A program made the position numbers and the translations under genes. A DNA stretch of 64,000 bases from Phallusia mammillata (Eukaryota): the NCBI GenBank assembly GCA_965637545.1, contig OZ281495.1, forward strand, positions 24,738,001 through 24,802,000, read 5' to 3'. Of the stretch, positions 63,501 to 64,000 are shown piece after piece (position 1 is the stretch's first letter; each line of letters opens with the position of its first letter). The notes under the pieces were generated by a model, which was not told where the DNA came from, did not search any database, and saw only the letters and a program-made list of their open reading frames with translations.

Positions 63501-63826
63501 TGAATTGTTCTACCTTGTAATTTGAGTATGCCACAAGACTAAACTTGGCTTCTGAGCGTAAGTTTTAAAATATTTTTAAAATATGTTTAGAAAAATAGAA
63601 TTTTTCTGCCCTGATATTAACAGGTTAACAGATCTGTCACCAATTTATTCAAAATCTTAAAAAATACCTGACGGGCTAACTTATGGGAAAATTTATTAAT
63701 GTACGACTATGCTTTATGTGTACAGCACATGTTCTGGTGGACGACAACATGGTTCAACGTGCTTCCCGTCAGTCATTGGCAGTGGTGGAGGCAGAGTCAG
63801 CAGCAGCAACAATGCTGGAGGAAGAG
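304..63826 (+). CDS. Giant multi-exon glycine-rich repeat protein (partial; 79 exons, ~6,385 aa in window, extends beyond both ends), uncharacterised, probably secreted or cell-surface
   Basis: Manual exon chaining: each exon is open, bounded by AG/GT, and every exon length fits its flanking intron phases; total 19,155 nt = 2 + 6,384 codons + 1. Recurrent motifs GD[RK]TG, PCS[FY], G.GPG.G, G.GHGG.GG, Y.S.Y.P..GSGGG, LDG, GGGSGGS[IV], GG.GGRI[AT], GAAGT.Y occur ~13 times. Many N-x-S/T sequons. Confidence 0.9.
650..849 (+). mobile_element. tRNA-derived SINE copy with fold-back tail
   Basis: 12-bp TSD CTAGTGAAGCAG (638-649, 850-861); family tail ccttgccatatgggaatgcttggaagaccgg..cggtataacgccttcaatggccctggcg. 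Confidence 0.75.
989..1233 (+). CDS. exon 2
   Basis: aag|..|gtgagg; FYLETLSAGSTETVF; phases 2/1. Confidence 0.85.
1824..2163 (+). CDS. exon 3
   Basis: tag|..|gtaagc; VIQLTNITVMEGG..CPNGEYNCSLCVACPGG; 1/2. Confidence 0.9.
2551..2691 (+). CDS. exon 4
   Basis: cag|..|gtaact; EYGTGAAICGSYVNCDY; 2/2. Confidence 0.85.
2830..3045. mobile_element. hAT-type MITE, family 1 copy A (216 bp)
   Basis: TIR CAGTGGTTCTCAAAC/GTTTGAGAACCACTG; perfect 8-bp TSD GTGTATAC. Confidence 0.92.
3082..3175 (+). CDS. exon 5
   Basis: tag|..|gtgggt; LNVNALGTPATLNFDTF; 2/0. Confidence 0.85.
3703..4138 (+). CDS. exon 6
   Basis: cag|..|gtctga; DVKITTKGAMRIDG..GGDGTGTLEL; 0/1; acceptor chosen by phase. Confidence 0.8.
4396..4852 (+). 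CDS. exon 7
   Basis: tag|..|gtaggt; DGTQLTIAGPSSG; 1/2. Confidence 0.9.
5291..5565 (+). CDS. exon 8
   Basis: tag|..|gtaagt; MKIGDASHKVHG; 2/1. Confidence 0.9.
5617..5719. repeat. Short degenerate direct repeat
   Basis: TGGTAACTGGTTAAG three times (5617, 5671, 5705). Confidence 0.75.
6058..6271 (+). CDS. exon 9
   Basis: cag|..|gtacaa; STSVGGRGGKVSI..GGTGGRIEI; 1/2. Confidence 0.9.
6742..8240 (+). CDS. exon 10 (1,499 nt, about one whole module)
   Basis: cag|..|gtttgt; AAAGIIYRSY..GGGAGGRVSI; includes ORF 6938..8302; 2/1. Confidence 0.92.
8308..8471 (+). CDS. exon 11
   Basis: tag|..|gtatgt; GIKKETTEDVYDP; 1/0. Confidence 0.85.
8587..8805. mobile_element. hAT-type MITE, family 1 copy B
   Basis: Homologous to 2830..3045 throughout; TSD ACCCAAAC/ACCTAAAC (7/8). 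Confidence 0.9.
9112..9289 (+). CDS. exon 12
   Basis: aag|..|gtaaca; VKRLHSESSALIEL; 0/1. Confidence 0.85.
9552..9764 (+). CDS. exon 13
   Basis: cag|..|gtacgt; LLTNVFEMVVSSG; 1/1. Confidence 0.9.
10197..10596. mobile_element. hAT-type MITE (400 bp) with TAGGGATG termini
   Basis: TIR TAGGGATGCGCC/GGCACATCCCTA; perfect TSD ATTGCTAT; subterminal CCGAGC/GCTCGG repeats. Confidence 0.9.
10625..10770 (+). CDS. exon 14
   Basis: tag|..|gtatat; SLEIFYGGRLLG; 1/0. Confidence 0.9.
11138..11342 (+). CDS. exon 15
   Basis: tag|..|gtatgt; INNVGFGAGHAGYGG; 0/1. Confidence 0.9.
11840..12023 (+). CDS. exon 16
   Basis: tag|..|gtatgg; SIISDATHG..GGSGGRITV; 1/2. Confidence 0.9.
12434..12663 (+). CDS. exon 17
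   Basis: tag|..|gtacta; WSFKGTTALSGG..GAAGTLYV; 2/1. Confidence 0.88.
12767..12980. mobile_element. Old TIR family with CCCGAAC/GTTCGGG subterminal repeats (other fragments near 10868-10935, 23690-23735, 36515-36575, 38595-38712, 48390-48541, 49962-50024)
   Basis: Left end CAGGGTTGTAAGTCGG; the matching right-end motif CCCGAACCTGAC.CGA.TTA.AAC recurs at several loci (CGATTTACAACTCTG at 50010-50024). Confidence 0.5.
13022..13237 (+). CDS. exon 18
   Basis: tag|..|gtaaaa; NVRVKISADNTEL; 1/1. Confidence 0.9.
13665..14490 (+). CDS. exon 19
   Basis: tag|..|gtatgt; NLTTSNIILDD..GSGGRIAT; 1/2. Confidence 0.92.
14542..14592 (-). ncRNA. Minimal hammerhead ribozyme in the inverted Penelope copy
   Basis: Exact reverse complement of 18262..18312. 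Confidence 0.85.
14710..15471 (-). CDS. Inverted partial Penelope-like ORF (RT C-terminus + GIY-YIG), 5' part lost in the gap
   Basis: ORF 14710..15465(-) equals the last 251 aa of the 796-aa protein and runs into the N gap. Confidence 0.9.
   Translation of the reverse strand, partial: LDVEILKAADGKLSTRVYHKPTSTMRYLHFTSHHPLYQKRAVVKALKDQARRLTTDPALLQAELHRVNEALRLNGYPNWILRDHKKISRKEIQYKERAFVTLPYIPRLTDIIRRMLTDFGVSVGIKPANTLRQMLSHPKDPLDATATRGVVYAIPCGECDEIYIGETGRSLNTRRKEHERDVGKKDAKKSALANHATTHHHSINFSAAQVLVKETDFHKRSFLESWNIHSRANTMNVKTDVLMPINYRSLLHH
15472..15671. other. Assembly gap (200 N, probably nominal size)
   Basis: Run of N. Confidence 1.
15672..15712 (+). ncRNA. Hammerhead ribozyme upstream of copy 1, 5' end cut by the gap
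   Basis: gatgaaggcgtcttgtataggacgtcgaaacgtcgattg immediately after the Ns. Confidence 0.75.
15754..18144 (+). CDS. Penelope-like element polyprotein: reverse transcriptase + GIY-YIG endonuclease (copy 1, 796 aa)
   Basis: RT motifs YGLPKVHK, LRPIVS, VSFDVTSLFTNVP, YKQMYGTAMGSPVS, RYVDDTF, LPFLDV, VYHKPT; EN motif GVVYAIPCGECDEIYIGETGRSLNTRRKEH. Confidence 0.97.
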   Translation: MPGSNSLFHEFKGLYGPSVLSQLRKYVDLRRSIVRHKMHLFFNHRCLSDNVLPRSLRFRSPHNSAAGKKIMWKCGMAFIRLRIGLSHHRIRECSELSEELLLRLAAILSHHHMCRFELYVKSGNEALQRQLTINTERHLCSIVPKRQEAVNATGQLQKKNWVVNLSSYQPNEVELKVLQLGTNFAVAPRTVPKASMLACVEKGIYSLPLHVKNLIQSKLVNCIKSHRGNPCNLTTSERRAVTDLKANDDITILPADKGNSTVILDRKVYEDKIHELLHDSSTYKKLPRDPTRRTEQVLNKFVGVLHKEKNCISDAMFHHLHSTDGSAPRLYGLPKVHKKNVPLRPIVSFIGSPTYNLAKYLARILAPLIGNTEFTVRNSAEFVKSLNAQQSLSEDETLVSFDVTSLFTNVPIDLALEITKSRLLDDYSFKDRTTWTHEDIHRGLEICLQQTYFRFRGSFYKQMYGTAMGSPVSVAVANMVMESVEERALQTFDKPPRFWRRYVDDTFCIIHKHRVTEFLRHLNNVQRGIAFTMELESKNRLPFLDVEILKAADGKLSTRVYHKPTSTMRYLHFTSHHPLYQKRAVVKALKDQARRLTTDPALLQAELHRVNEALRLNGYPNWILRDHKKISRKEIQYKERAFVTLPYIPRLTDIIRRMLTDFGVSVGIKPANTLRQMLSHPKDPLDATATRGVVYAIPCGECDEIYIGETGRSLNTRRKEHERDVGKKDAKKSALANHATTHHHSINFSAAQVLVKETDFHKRSFLESWNIHSRANTMNVKTDVLMPINYRSLLHH
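18262..18312 (+). ncRNA. Minimal type-I hammerhead ribozyme in the Penelope spacer (between copies 1 and 2)
   Basis: CTGATGA 18270-76; stem II ggcgtctt/aggacgtc; GAAA 18298-301; palindromic ACGT helix III; GUC triplet with cut after 18305; stem I atc/gat. Confidence 0.85.
18354..20744 (+). CDS. Penelope-like RT/GIY-YIG polyprotein (copy 2, 796 aa)
   Basis: Translation identical to copy 1. Confidence 0.97.
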   Translation: MPGSNSLFHEFKGLYGPSVLSQLRKYVDLRRSIVRHKMHLFFNHRCLSDNVLPRSLRFRSPHNSAAGKKIMWKCGMAFIRLRIGLSHHRIRECSELSEELLLRLAAILSHHHMCRFELYVKSGNEALQRQLTINTERHLCSIVPKRQEAVNATGQLQKKNWVVNLSSYQPNEVELKVLQLGTNFAVAPRTVPKASMLACVEKGIYSLPLHVKNLIQSKLVNCIKSHRGNPCNLTTSERRAVTDLKANDDITILPADKGNSTVILDRKVYEDKIHELLHDSSTYKKLPRDPTRRTEQVLNKFVGVLHKEKNCISDAMFHHLHSTDGSAPRLYGLPKVHKKNVPLRPIVSFIGSPTYNLAKYLARILAPLIGNTEFTVRNSAEFVKSLNAQQSLSEDETLVSFDVTSLFTNVPIDLALEITKSRLLDDYSFKDRTTWTHEDIHRGLEICLQQTYFRFRGSFYKQMYGTAMGSPVSVAVANMVMESVEERALQTFDKPPRFWRRYVDDTFCIIHKHRVTEFLRHLNNVQRGIAFTMELESKNRLPFLDVEILKAADGKLSTRVYHKPTSTMRYLHFTSHHPLYQKRAVVKALKDQARRLTTDPALLQAELHRVNEALRLNGYPNWILRDHKKISRKEIQYKERAFVTLPYIPRLTDIIRRMLTDFGVSVGIKPANTLRQMLSHPKDPLDATATRGVVYAIPCGECDEIYIGETGRSLNTRRKEHERDVGKKDAKKSALANHATTHHHSINFSAAQVLVKETDFHKRSFLESWNIHSRANTMNVKTDVLMPINYRSLLHH
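20862..20912 (+). ncRNA. Minimal hammerhead ribozyme (between copies 2 and 3)
   Basis: Identical motif, +2,600 bp. Confidence 0.85.
20954..23344 (+). CDS. Penelope-like RT/GIY-YIG polyprotein (copy 3, 796 aa, Y>C in the YGLPK motif)
   Basis: Same as copy 1 except A>G at 21945 (PRLYGLPK > PRLCGLPK). Confidence 0.96.
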   Translation: MPGSNSLFHEFKGLYGPSVLSQLRKYVDLRRSIVRHKMHLFFNHRCLSDNVLPRSLRFRSPHNSAAGKKIMWKCGMAFIRLRIGLSHHRIRECSELSEELLLRLAAILSHHHMCRFELYVKSGNEALQRQLTINTERHLCSIVPKRQEAVNATGQLQKKNWVVNLSSYQPNEVELKVLQLGTNFAVAPRTVPKASMLACVEKGIYSLPLHVKNLIQSKLVNCIKSHRGNPCNLTTSERRAVTDLKANDDITILPADKGNSTVILDRKVYEDKIHELLHDSSTYKKLPRDPTRRTEQVLNKFVGVLHKEKNCISDAMFHHLHSTDGSAPRLCGLPKVHKKNVPLRPIVSFIGSPTYNLAKYLARILAPLIGNTEFTVRNSAEFVKSLNAQQSLSEDETLVSFDVTSLFTNVPIDLALEITKSRLLDDYSFKDRTTWTHEDIHRGLEICLQQTYFRFRGSFYKQMYGTAMGSPVSVAVANMVMESVEERALQTFDKPPRFWRRYVDDTFCIIHKHRVTEFLRHLNNVQRGIAFTMELESKNRLPFLDVEILKAADGKLSTRVYHKPTSTMRYLHFTSHHPLYQKRAVVKALKDQARRLTTDPALLQAELHRVNEALRLNGYPNWILRDHKKISRKEIQYKERAFVTLPYIPRLTDIIRRMLTDFGVSVGIKPANTLRQMLSHPKDPLDATATRGVVYAIPCGECDEIYIGETGRSLNTRRKEHERDVGKKDAKKSALANHATTHHHSINFSAAQVLVKETDFHKRSFLESWNIHSRANTMNVKTDVLMPINYRSLLHH
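23462..23512 (+). ncRNA. Minimal hammerhead ribozyme (after copy 3)
   Basis: Identical motif, +5,200 bp. Confidence 0.85.
23995..24293 (+). CDS. exon 20
   Basis: cag|..|gtaaat; ARGGGAGESD..IGDRT; 2/1, in phase with exon 19 across the retroelement. Confidence 0.92.
24405..24570 (+). mobile_element. Second short HHR-like dispersed repeat family, copy A
   Basis: CTGATGA 24504-10 ... GCCGAAACGTT then AATAAA; homologous in reverse complement to 58440..58595. Confidence 0.55.
24921..25504 (+). CDS. exon 21
   Basis: aag|..|gtaaca; VLHIMKNRTII; 1/0. Confidence 0.9.
25872..26119 (+). CDS. exon 22
   Basis: tag|..|gtttgt; NGHGGKTHGSV; 0/2. Confidence 0.9.
26179..26415 (+). mobile_element. Short non-autonomous HHR-bearing retroposon (Penelope-derived or retrozyme-like) with 17-bp TSD
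   Basis: TTAACTTTGTATTTTCG at 26162..26178 and 26416..26432; internal tgca-CTGATGA-tgacaacagtgattgtt-GAAACGTC-tgca at 26332..26371. Confidence 0.75.
26440..26566 (+). CDS. exon 23
   Basis: tag|..|gtacat; NLYGFGSLTASGG..GGRIAI; 2/0. Confidence 0.9.
26940..27688 (+). CDS. exon 24
   Basis: tag|..|gtaagc; GSATALGASG..FAGDKTG; 0/2. Confidence 0.9.
27946..28145 (+). CDS. exon 25
   Basis: cag|..|gtgtgt; FMPDLGMIGDV; 2/1. Confidence 0.88.
28658..28831 (+). CDS. exon 26
   Basis: cag|..|gtaaga; GYGSYGGHDGS; 1/1. Confidence 0.9.
29203..29384 (+). CDS. exon 27
   Basis: aag|..|gttggt; TIESKGASASS..GGRIAI; 1/0. Confidence 0.9.
29821..30146 (+). CDS. exon 28
   Basis: cag|..|gtaagt; GFYNARGGEGTC; 0/2. 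Confidence 0.9.
30456..30613 (+). CDS. exon 29
   Basis: tag|..|gtaaaa; FSGDLTGLVHMK; 2/1. Confidence 0.9.
30751..32007. repeat. Minisatellite of 40 units (31/32 bp) with a 15-unit, 472-bp higher-order repeat
   Basis: Units AAGGTGTTTTGGGGGACCGAAACGTTTTTTT (31) and AAGATGTTTTTGGGGGACCGAAACGTTTTTTT (32). Confidence 0.97.
32195..32335 (+). mobile_element. tRNA-derived SINE copy
   Basis: Box-B-like GGTTCGAGTCCC, ggcta..tggcc hairpin, family tail. Confidence 0.75.
32485..32638 (+). CDS. exon 30
   Basis: cag|..|gtttga; IGSVAFKWYGEI; 1/2. Confidence 0.87.
33095..33351 (+). CDS. exon 31
   Basis: cag|..|gtttgt; LTTWELGALSSA; 2/1. Confidence 0.88.
33964..34176 (+). CDS. exon 32
   Basis: cag|..|gtttgt; NGKTYDSIYEPT..GGGSGGAVWI; 1/1. 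Confidence 0.9.
34517..34705 (+). mobile_element. Diverged copy of the short HHR-bearing element
   Basis: tgcaCTGATGAtgacaacagcgattgttGAACCATCtgca at 34616..34655; 3' tail similar to the 26372..26415 tail; candidate TSD AAAACATGTAT at 34506..34516 and 34706..34716. Confidence 0.6.
34813..35316. mobile_element. hAT-type MITE (504 bp)
   Basis: TIR TAGTGATGTACCGAAT/ATTCGGTACATCTCTA; perfect TSD GTTTAAAG; subterminal TTCGGCCGAA/ACCGAAT repeats. Confidence 0.9.
35346..35587 (+). CDS. exon 33
   Basis: cag|..|gttggt; SSKGHGEIDVTGG..GGRIAL; 1/0. Confidence 0.9.
36193..36476 (+). CDS. exon 34
   Basis: cag|..|gtaagt; NFLPVKPFVLSE; 0/2. Confidence 0.9.
37153..37364 (+). CDS. exon 35
   Basis: cag|..|gtaagt; RSVPPVNFEVLE; 2/1. 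Confidence 0.9.
37830..38041 (+). CDS. exon 36
   Basis: cag|..|gtaagt; YRFSLDVLTMEA; 1/0. Confidence 0.9.
38767..38919 (+). CDS. exon 37
   Basis: cag|..|gtatac; GPGAATESGHGAGHGG; 0/0. Confidence 0.9.
39109..39250 (+). CDS. exon 38
   Basis: tag|..|gtaaat; GGRGGSRIRIDV; 0/1. Confidence 0.9.
39407..39533 (+). CDS. exon 39
   Basis: tag|..|gtactt; SFTGHGYLTVNGG..GGRAAV; 1/2. Confidence 0.9.
39651..39750 (+). CDS. exon 40
   Basis: tag|..|gtaaaa; AIGGSGADVSTHGG; 2/0. Confidence 0.88.
39820..40004 (+). CDS. exon 41
   Basis: cag|..|gtaaat; SSADSGGFYGNLLVDN; 0/2. Confidence 0.88.
40508..40616 (+). CDS. exon 42
   Basis: cag|..|gtaagg; FAGDRTGQIHLR; 2/0. Confidence 0.9.
40829..40968 (+). CDS. exon 43
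   Basis: cag|..|gtaaat; VDKDAELVLPTRT; 0/2. Confidence 0.9.
41050..41168. mobile_element. Small hAT-like TIR remnant (119 bp)
   Basis: CAGTGATTCTCAACCGGT / ACCGGTCGAAAATCACTG (16/18); no TSD recognisable. Confidence 0.55.
41433..41513 (+). CDS. exon 44
   Basis: cag|..|gtaacc; TGICVDGVTVSATEPG; 2/2. Confidence 0.85.
41580..41792 (+). CDS. exon 45
   Basis: cag|..|gtaagt; SSEVKIEETSES; 2/2. Confidence 0.88.
41860..41977 (+). CDS. exon 46
   Basis: tag|..|gtaagt; LGAGHGGYGGSL; 2/0. Confidence 0.9.
42052..42210 (+). mobile_element. tRNA-derived SINE copy
   Basis: Head gtcccggaaagac..gtcgtgggttccaatccc plus family tail; candidate TSD ACTTAAAAT. Confidence 0.75.
42363..42519 (+). CDS. exon 47
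   Basis: cag|..|gtcagt; GVGGSGGGVLLW; 0/1. Confidence 0.9.
42605..42709 (+). CDS. exon 48
   Basis: tag|..|gtaaga; HGEVRVNGGNG..GGRLAV; 1/1. Confidence 0.9.
42860..43058 (+). CDS. exon 49
   Basis: cag|..|gttagt; YLRSVGGSG..GPQYAQMKY; 1/2. Confidence 0.87.
43361..43642. mobile_element. TIR element with ~43-bp imperfect inverted termini
   Basis: caggaactcacact..gtttgctaaattccggtagatgg vs ccatttatcggtatttagcaagc..agtgtgagttcttg; a related end fragment lies near 9989..10013. Confidence 0.6.
43729..43890 (+). CDS. exon 50
   Basis: cag|..|gtaaaa; YAEPWMYTMIQ..YEFSE; 2/2. Confidence 0.87.
44030..44165 (-). mobile_element. Possible second tRNA-derived SINE family fragment
   Basis: GC-rich island with minus-strand GGGGTTCGATCCC box B; 3' part unrelated to the main SINE tail. 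Confidence 0.35.
44577..44711 (+). CDS. exon 51
   Basis: cag|..|gtgagg; DKTVAIVHKFLGDRTG; 2/2. Confidence 0.9.
45061..45912. mobile_element. Non-autonomous TIR DNA transposon (852 bp), 8-bp TSD, hAT-like
   Basis: TIR CAGTGGCGTATCCA/TGGATACGCCCCTG; perfect TSD GATGCAAA; G/C-run subterminal palindromes; no transposase ORF. Confidence 0.88.
45974..46142 (+). CDS. exon 52
   Basis: cag|..|gtaaag; VDVGAELIMPTK; 2/0. Confidence 0.9.
46676..46865 (+). CDS. exon 53
   Basis: tag|..|gtaagt; HQITDPGTFMFG; 0/1. Confidence 0.9.
47365..47553 (+). CDS. exon 54
   Basis: tag|..|gtttgt; VLHMDSAGYHAGEGPG; 1/1. Confidence 0.9.
48039..48206 (+). CDS. exon 55
   Basis: cag|..|gtaaga; SVKGGSGGGYLHW; 1/1. Confidence 0.9.
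48613..48795 (+). CDS. exon 56
   Basis: tag|..|gtaacc; EFSVRGGNGG..GGRIAI; 1/1. Confidence 0.9.
48995..49122 (+). mobile_element. tRNA-derived SINE copy (5'-degenerate)
   Basis: cccaccgcaggctagattttctagcc plus family tail. Confidence 0.7.
49259..49506 (+). CDS. exon 57
   Basis: cag|..|gttggt; TAYVEENLRPPQYRHLKY; 1/0. Confidence 0.9.
49586..49870. mobile_element. Degenerate hAT-like MITE
   Basis: Left end caaggggtgcccaaacttt; right-end-like gcgggccacagtttaggccc; boundaries approximate. Confidence 0.4.
50089..50298 (+). CDS. exon 58
   Basis: cag|..|gttgat; NATHSNGTAEEL..FIGDRTG; 0/0. Confidence 0.85.
50805..51025 (-). mobile_element. tRNA-derived SINE copy with fold-back tail
   Basis: Minus-strand head tagctcagttggtagagtgcgagtcccggaaaaactc; tail present in both orientations (50814-50918). 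Confidence 0.8.
51108..51374 (+). CDS. exon 59
   Basis: tag|..|gtcaga; THLEGVRSTFAG; 0/0. Confidence 0.88.
51963..52104 (+). CDS. exon 60
   Basis: cag|..|gtggga; IKYFGNLYANIA; 0/1. Confidence 0.87.
52230..52340 (+). CDS. exon 61
   Basis: tag|..|gtaaga; NGLGAGHGGQGG; 1/1. Confidence 0.9.
52915..53100 (+). CDS. exon 62
   Basis: cag|..|gtttgt; NGLSGNNIVDQGG; 1/1. Confidence 0.9.
53506..53593 (+). CDS. exon 63
   Basis: cag|..|gtaagg; HGLVDVRGGNGG..GGRIAI; 1/2. Confidence 0.9.
54042..54287 (+). CDS. exon 64
   Basis: tag|..|gtaagt; YRYSYGGSFLN..PPQYRILKY; 2/2. Confidence 0.9.
54640..54895 (+). CDS. exon 65
   Basis: cag|..|gtaacg; YVHVDNEGILVP..HKFLGDKTG; 2/0. Confidence 0.9.
55258..55390 (+). 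CDS. exon 66
   Basis: cag|..|gtaaac; VVHVEVKESTNN; 0/1. Confidence 0.9.
55752..56174 (+). CDS. exon 67
   Basis: cag|..|gtaggt; TMTGVHSMFIEN; 1/1. Confidence 0.9.
56579..56727 (+). CDS. exon 68
   Basis: tag|..|gttatt; MAVSNSMNDTHD; 1/0. Confidence 0.88.
57067..57633 (+). CDS. exon 69
   Basis: tag|..|gtaagt; VGKTLHLDG..GPQYRELKY; 0/0. Confidence 0.92.
57715..57850 (+). mobile_element. Degenerate tRNA-derived SINE
   Basis: gctaagttggtag (box A-like), gttcgaac (box B-like), ttgattcggtataatgcct tail fragment. Confidence 0.5.
57916..58049 (+). CDS. exon 70
   Basis: cag|..|gttcgt; NTDTVDMVAHELTGDKQG; 0/2. Confidence 0.9.
58144..58300 (+). CDS. exon 71
   Basis: cag|..|gtttgt; FDISEGGEVVLPT; 2/0. 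Confidence 0.9.
58440..58595 (-). mobile_element. Second short HHR-like repeat family, copy B (core degenerate)
   Basis: Reverse complement aligns to 24405..24570 (aaaagcgacatgctttatt..atatgagggg.cacatcag.tacacc.gtttataaa.acttg.gtcacataa). Confidence 0.55.
58730..58976 (+). CDS. exon 72
   Basis: cag|..|gtcagt; LFDKSNPYDKRR; 0/1. Confidence 0.87.
59454..59651 (+). CDS. exon 73
   Basis: tag|..|gtaaaa; AILSADKAGDGP; 1/1. Confidence 0.9.
59961..60178. mobile_element. Older hAT-type MITE (218 bp)
   Basis: TIR CAACGGTTCCCTAAC vs GGTTGTGAACCGCTG; TSD CTATAAGA/CTCTAAGA (7/8); GGGGTCAC subterminal motifs. Confidence 0.7.
60275..60456 (+). CDS. exon 74
   Basis: tag|..|gtaagt; TVGGRGGGHIDI; 1/0. Confidence 0.9.
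61052..61346 (+). CDS. exon 75
   Basis: cag|..|gtgaga; TLGGRGYSW..SRRRRS; 0/1. Confidence 0.9.
61534..61715 (-). mobile_element. tRNA-derived SINE, best-preserved copy
   Basis: Minus strand: TAGCTCAGTTGG (box A), GAGTC-CCGAAAA-GACTC anticodon-like arm, GGTTCGAATTCC (box B), GGCTAGA-T-run-TCTAGCC hairpin, then family tail. Confidence 0.85.
61829..62180 (+). CDS. exon 76
   Basis: tag|..|gtagtt; KRQILDQEAYKMLIVDN..MTGDRTG; 1/2. Confidence 0.9.
62556..62882 (+). CDS. exon 77
   Basis: cag|..|gtcagt; DGLLRLPMYTRT; 2/2; an alternative phase-2 donor exists at 62850. Confidence 0.82.
63283..63489 (+). CDS. exon 78
   Basis: cag|..|gtaaat; FDIDAGARFKIG; 2/2. Confidence 0.9.
63726..63826 (+). CDS. 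exon 79 (gene continues beyond window)
   Basis: cag|..|gtaagc; TCSGGRQHGSTC..GSGGG; 2/1. Confidence 0.87.
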
Positions 63827-64000
63827 GTAAGCTTGCCACACAAAGCGATATACACAGTTCAGCGCGACCTTCTGACAAATATATGTTTGTGTAGCGACTT
63901 TTATATAAGACAGATTCATAGTCATGGTCACCAAAATTTAACACAACATAAAGTCAAAATACCGCATCAAAAATTTTGGTTTTCTGCTTGTACAAATGAT

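Noticed and set aside
304-63826. Bacterial adhesin/autotransporter contamination or recent HGT
   Set aside because: The gene has 78 spliceosomal introns filled with eukaryotic TEs. An ancient relationship to bacterial repeats cannot be judged without searches.
304-63826. Non-canonical splice sites or recoding
   Set aside because: All 78 introns resolve as GT-AG with consistent phases; no frameshift or readthrough is needed.

Overview
Eukaryotic (invertebrate-like; possibly ascidian, not provable from sequence) genomic window with AT-rich introns. One giant + strand gene spans the whole window. I reconstructed 79 exons from 304 to 63826, all joined by GT-AG introns with matching phases (19,155 coding nt, about 6,385 aa, no start or stop in the window). 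The protein is an uncharacterised, probably extracellular repeat protein: about 13-14 modules of roughly 430 aa that alternate glycine-rich GGGSGG/GGRI segments with beta-strand-rich segments. Intron 19 carries a very young Penelope-like retroelement (RT + GIY-YIG) insertion: an inverted partial copy, a 200-N gap, then three near-identical head-to-tail 2,600-bp units. Each unit has an intact 796-aa ORF and a minimal hammerhead ribozyme (HHR), and the whole insertion is flanked by one ~15-bp target-site duplication next to the splice donor. Other introns hold short HHR-bearing non-autonomous elements, tRNA-derived SINEs (two with fold-back tails), several 8-bp-TSD hAT-type MITEs and a 31/32-bp minisatellite with a 472-bp higher-order repeat. 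No rRNA, bona fide tRNA or CRISPR array was found.
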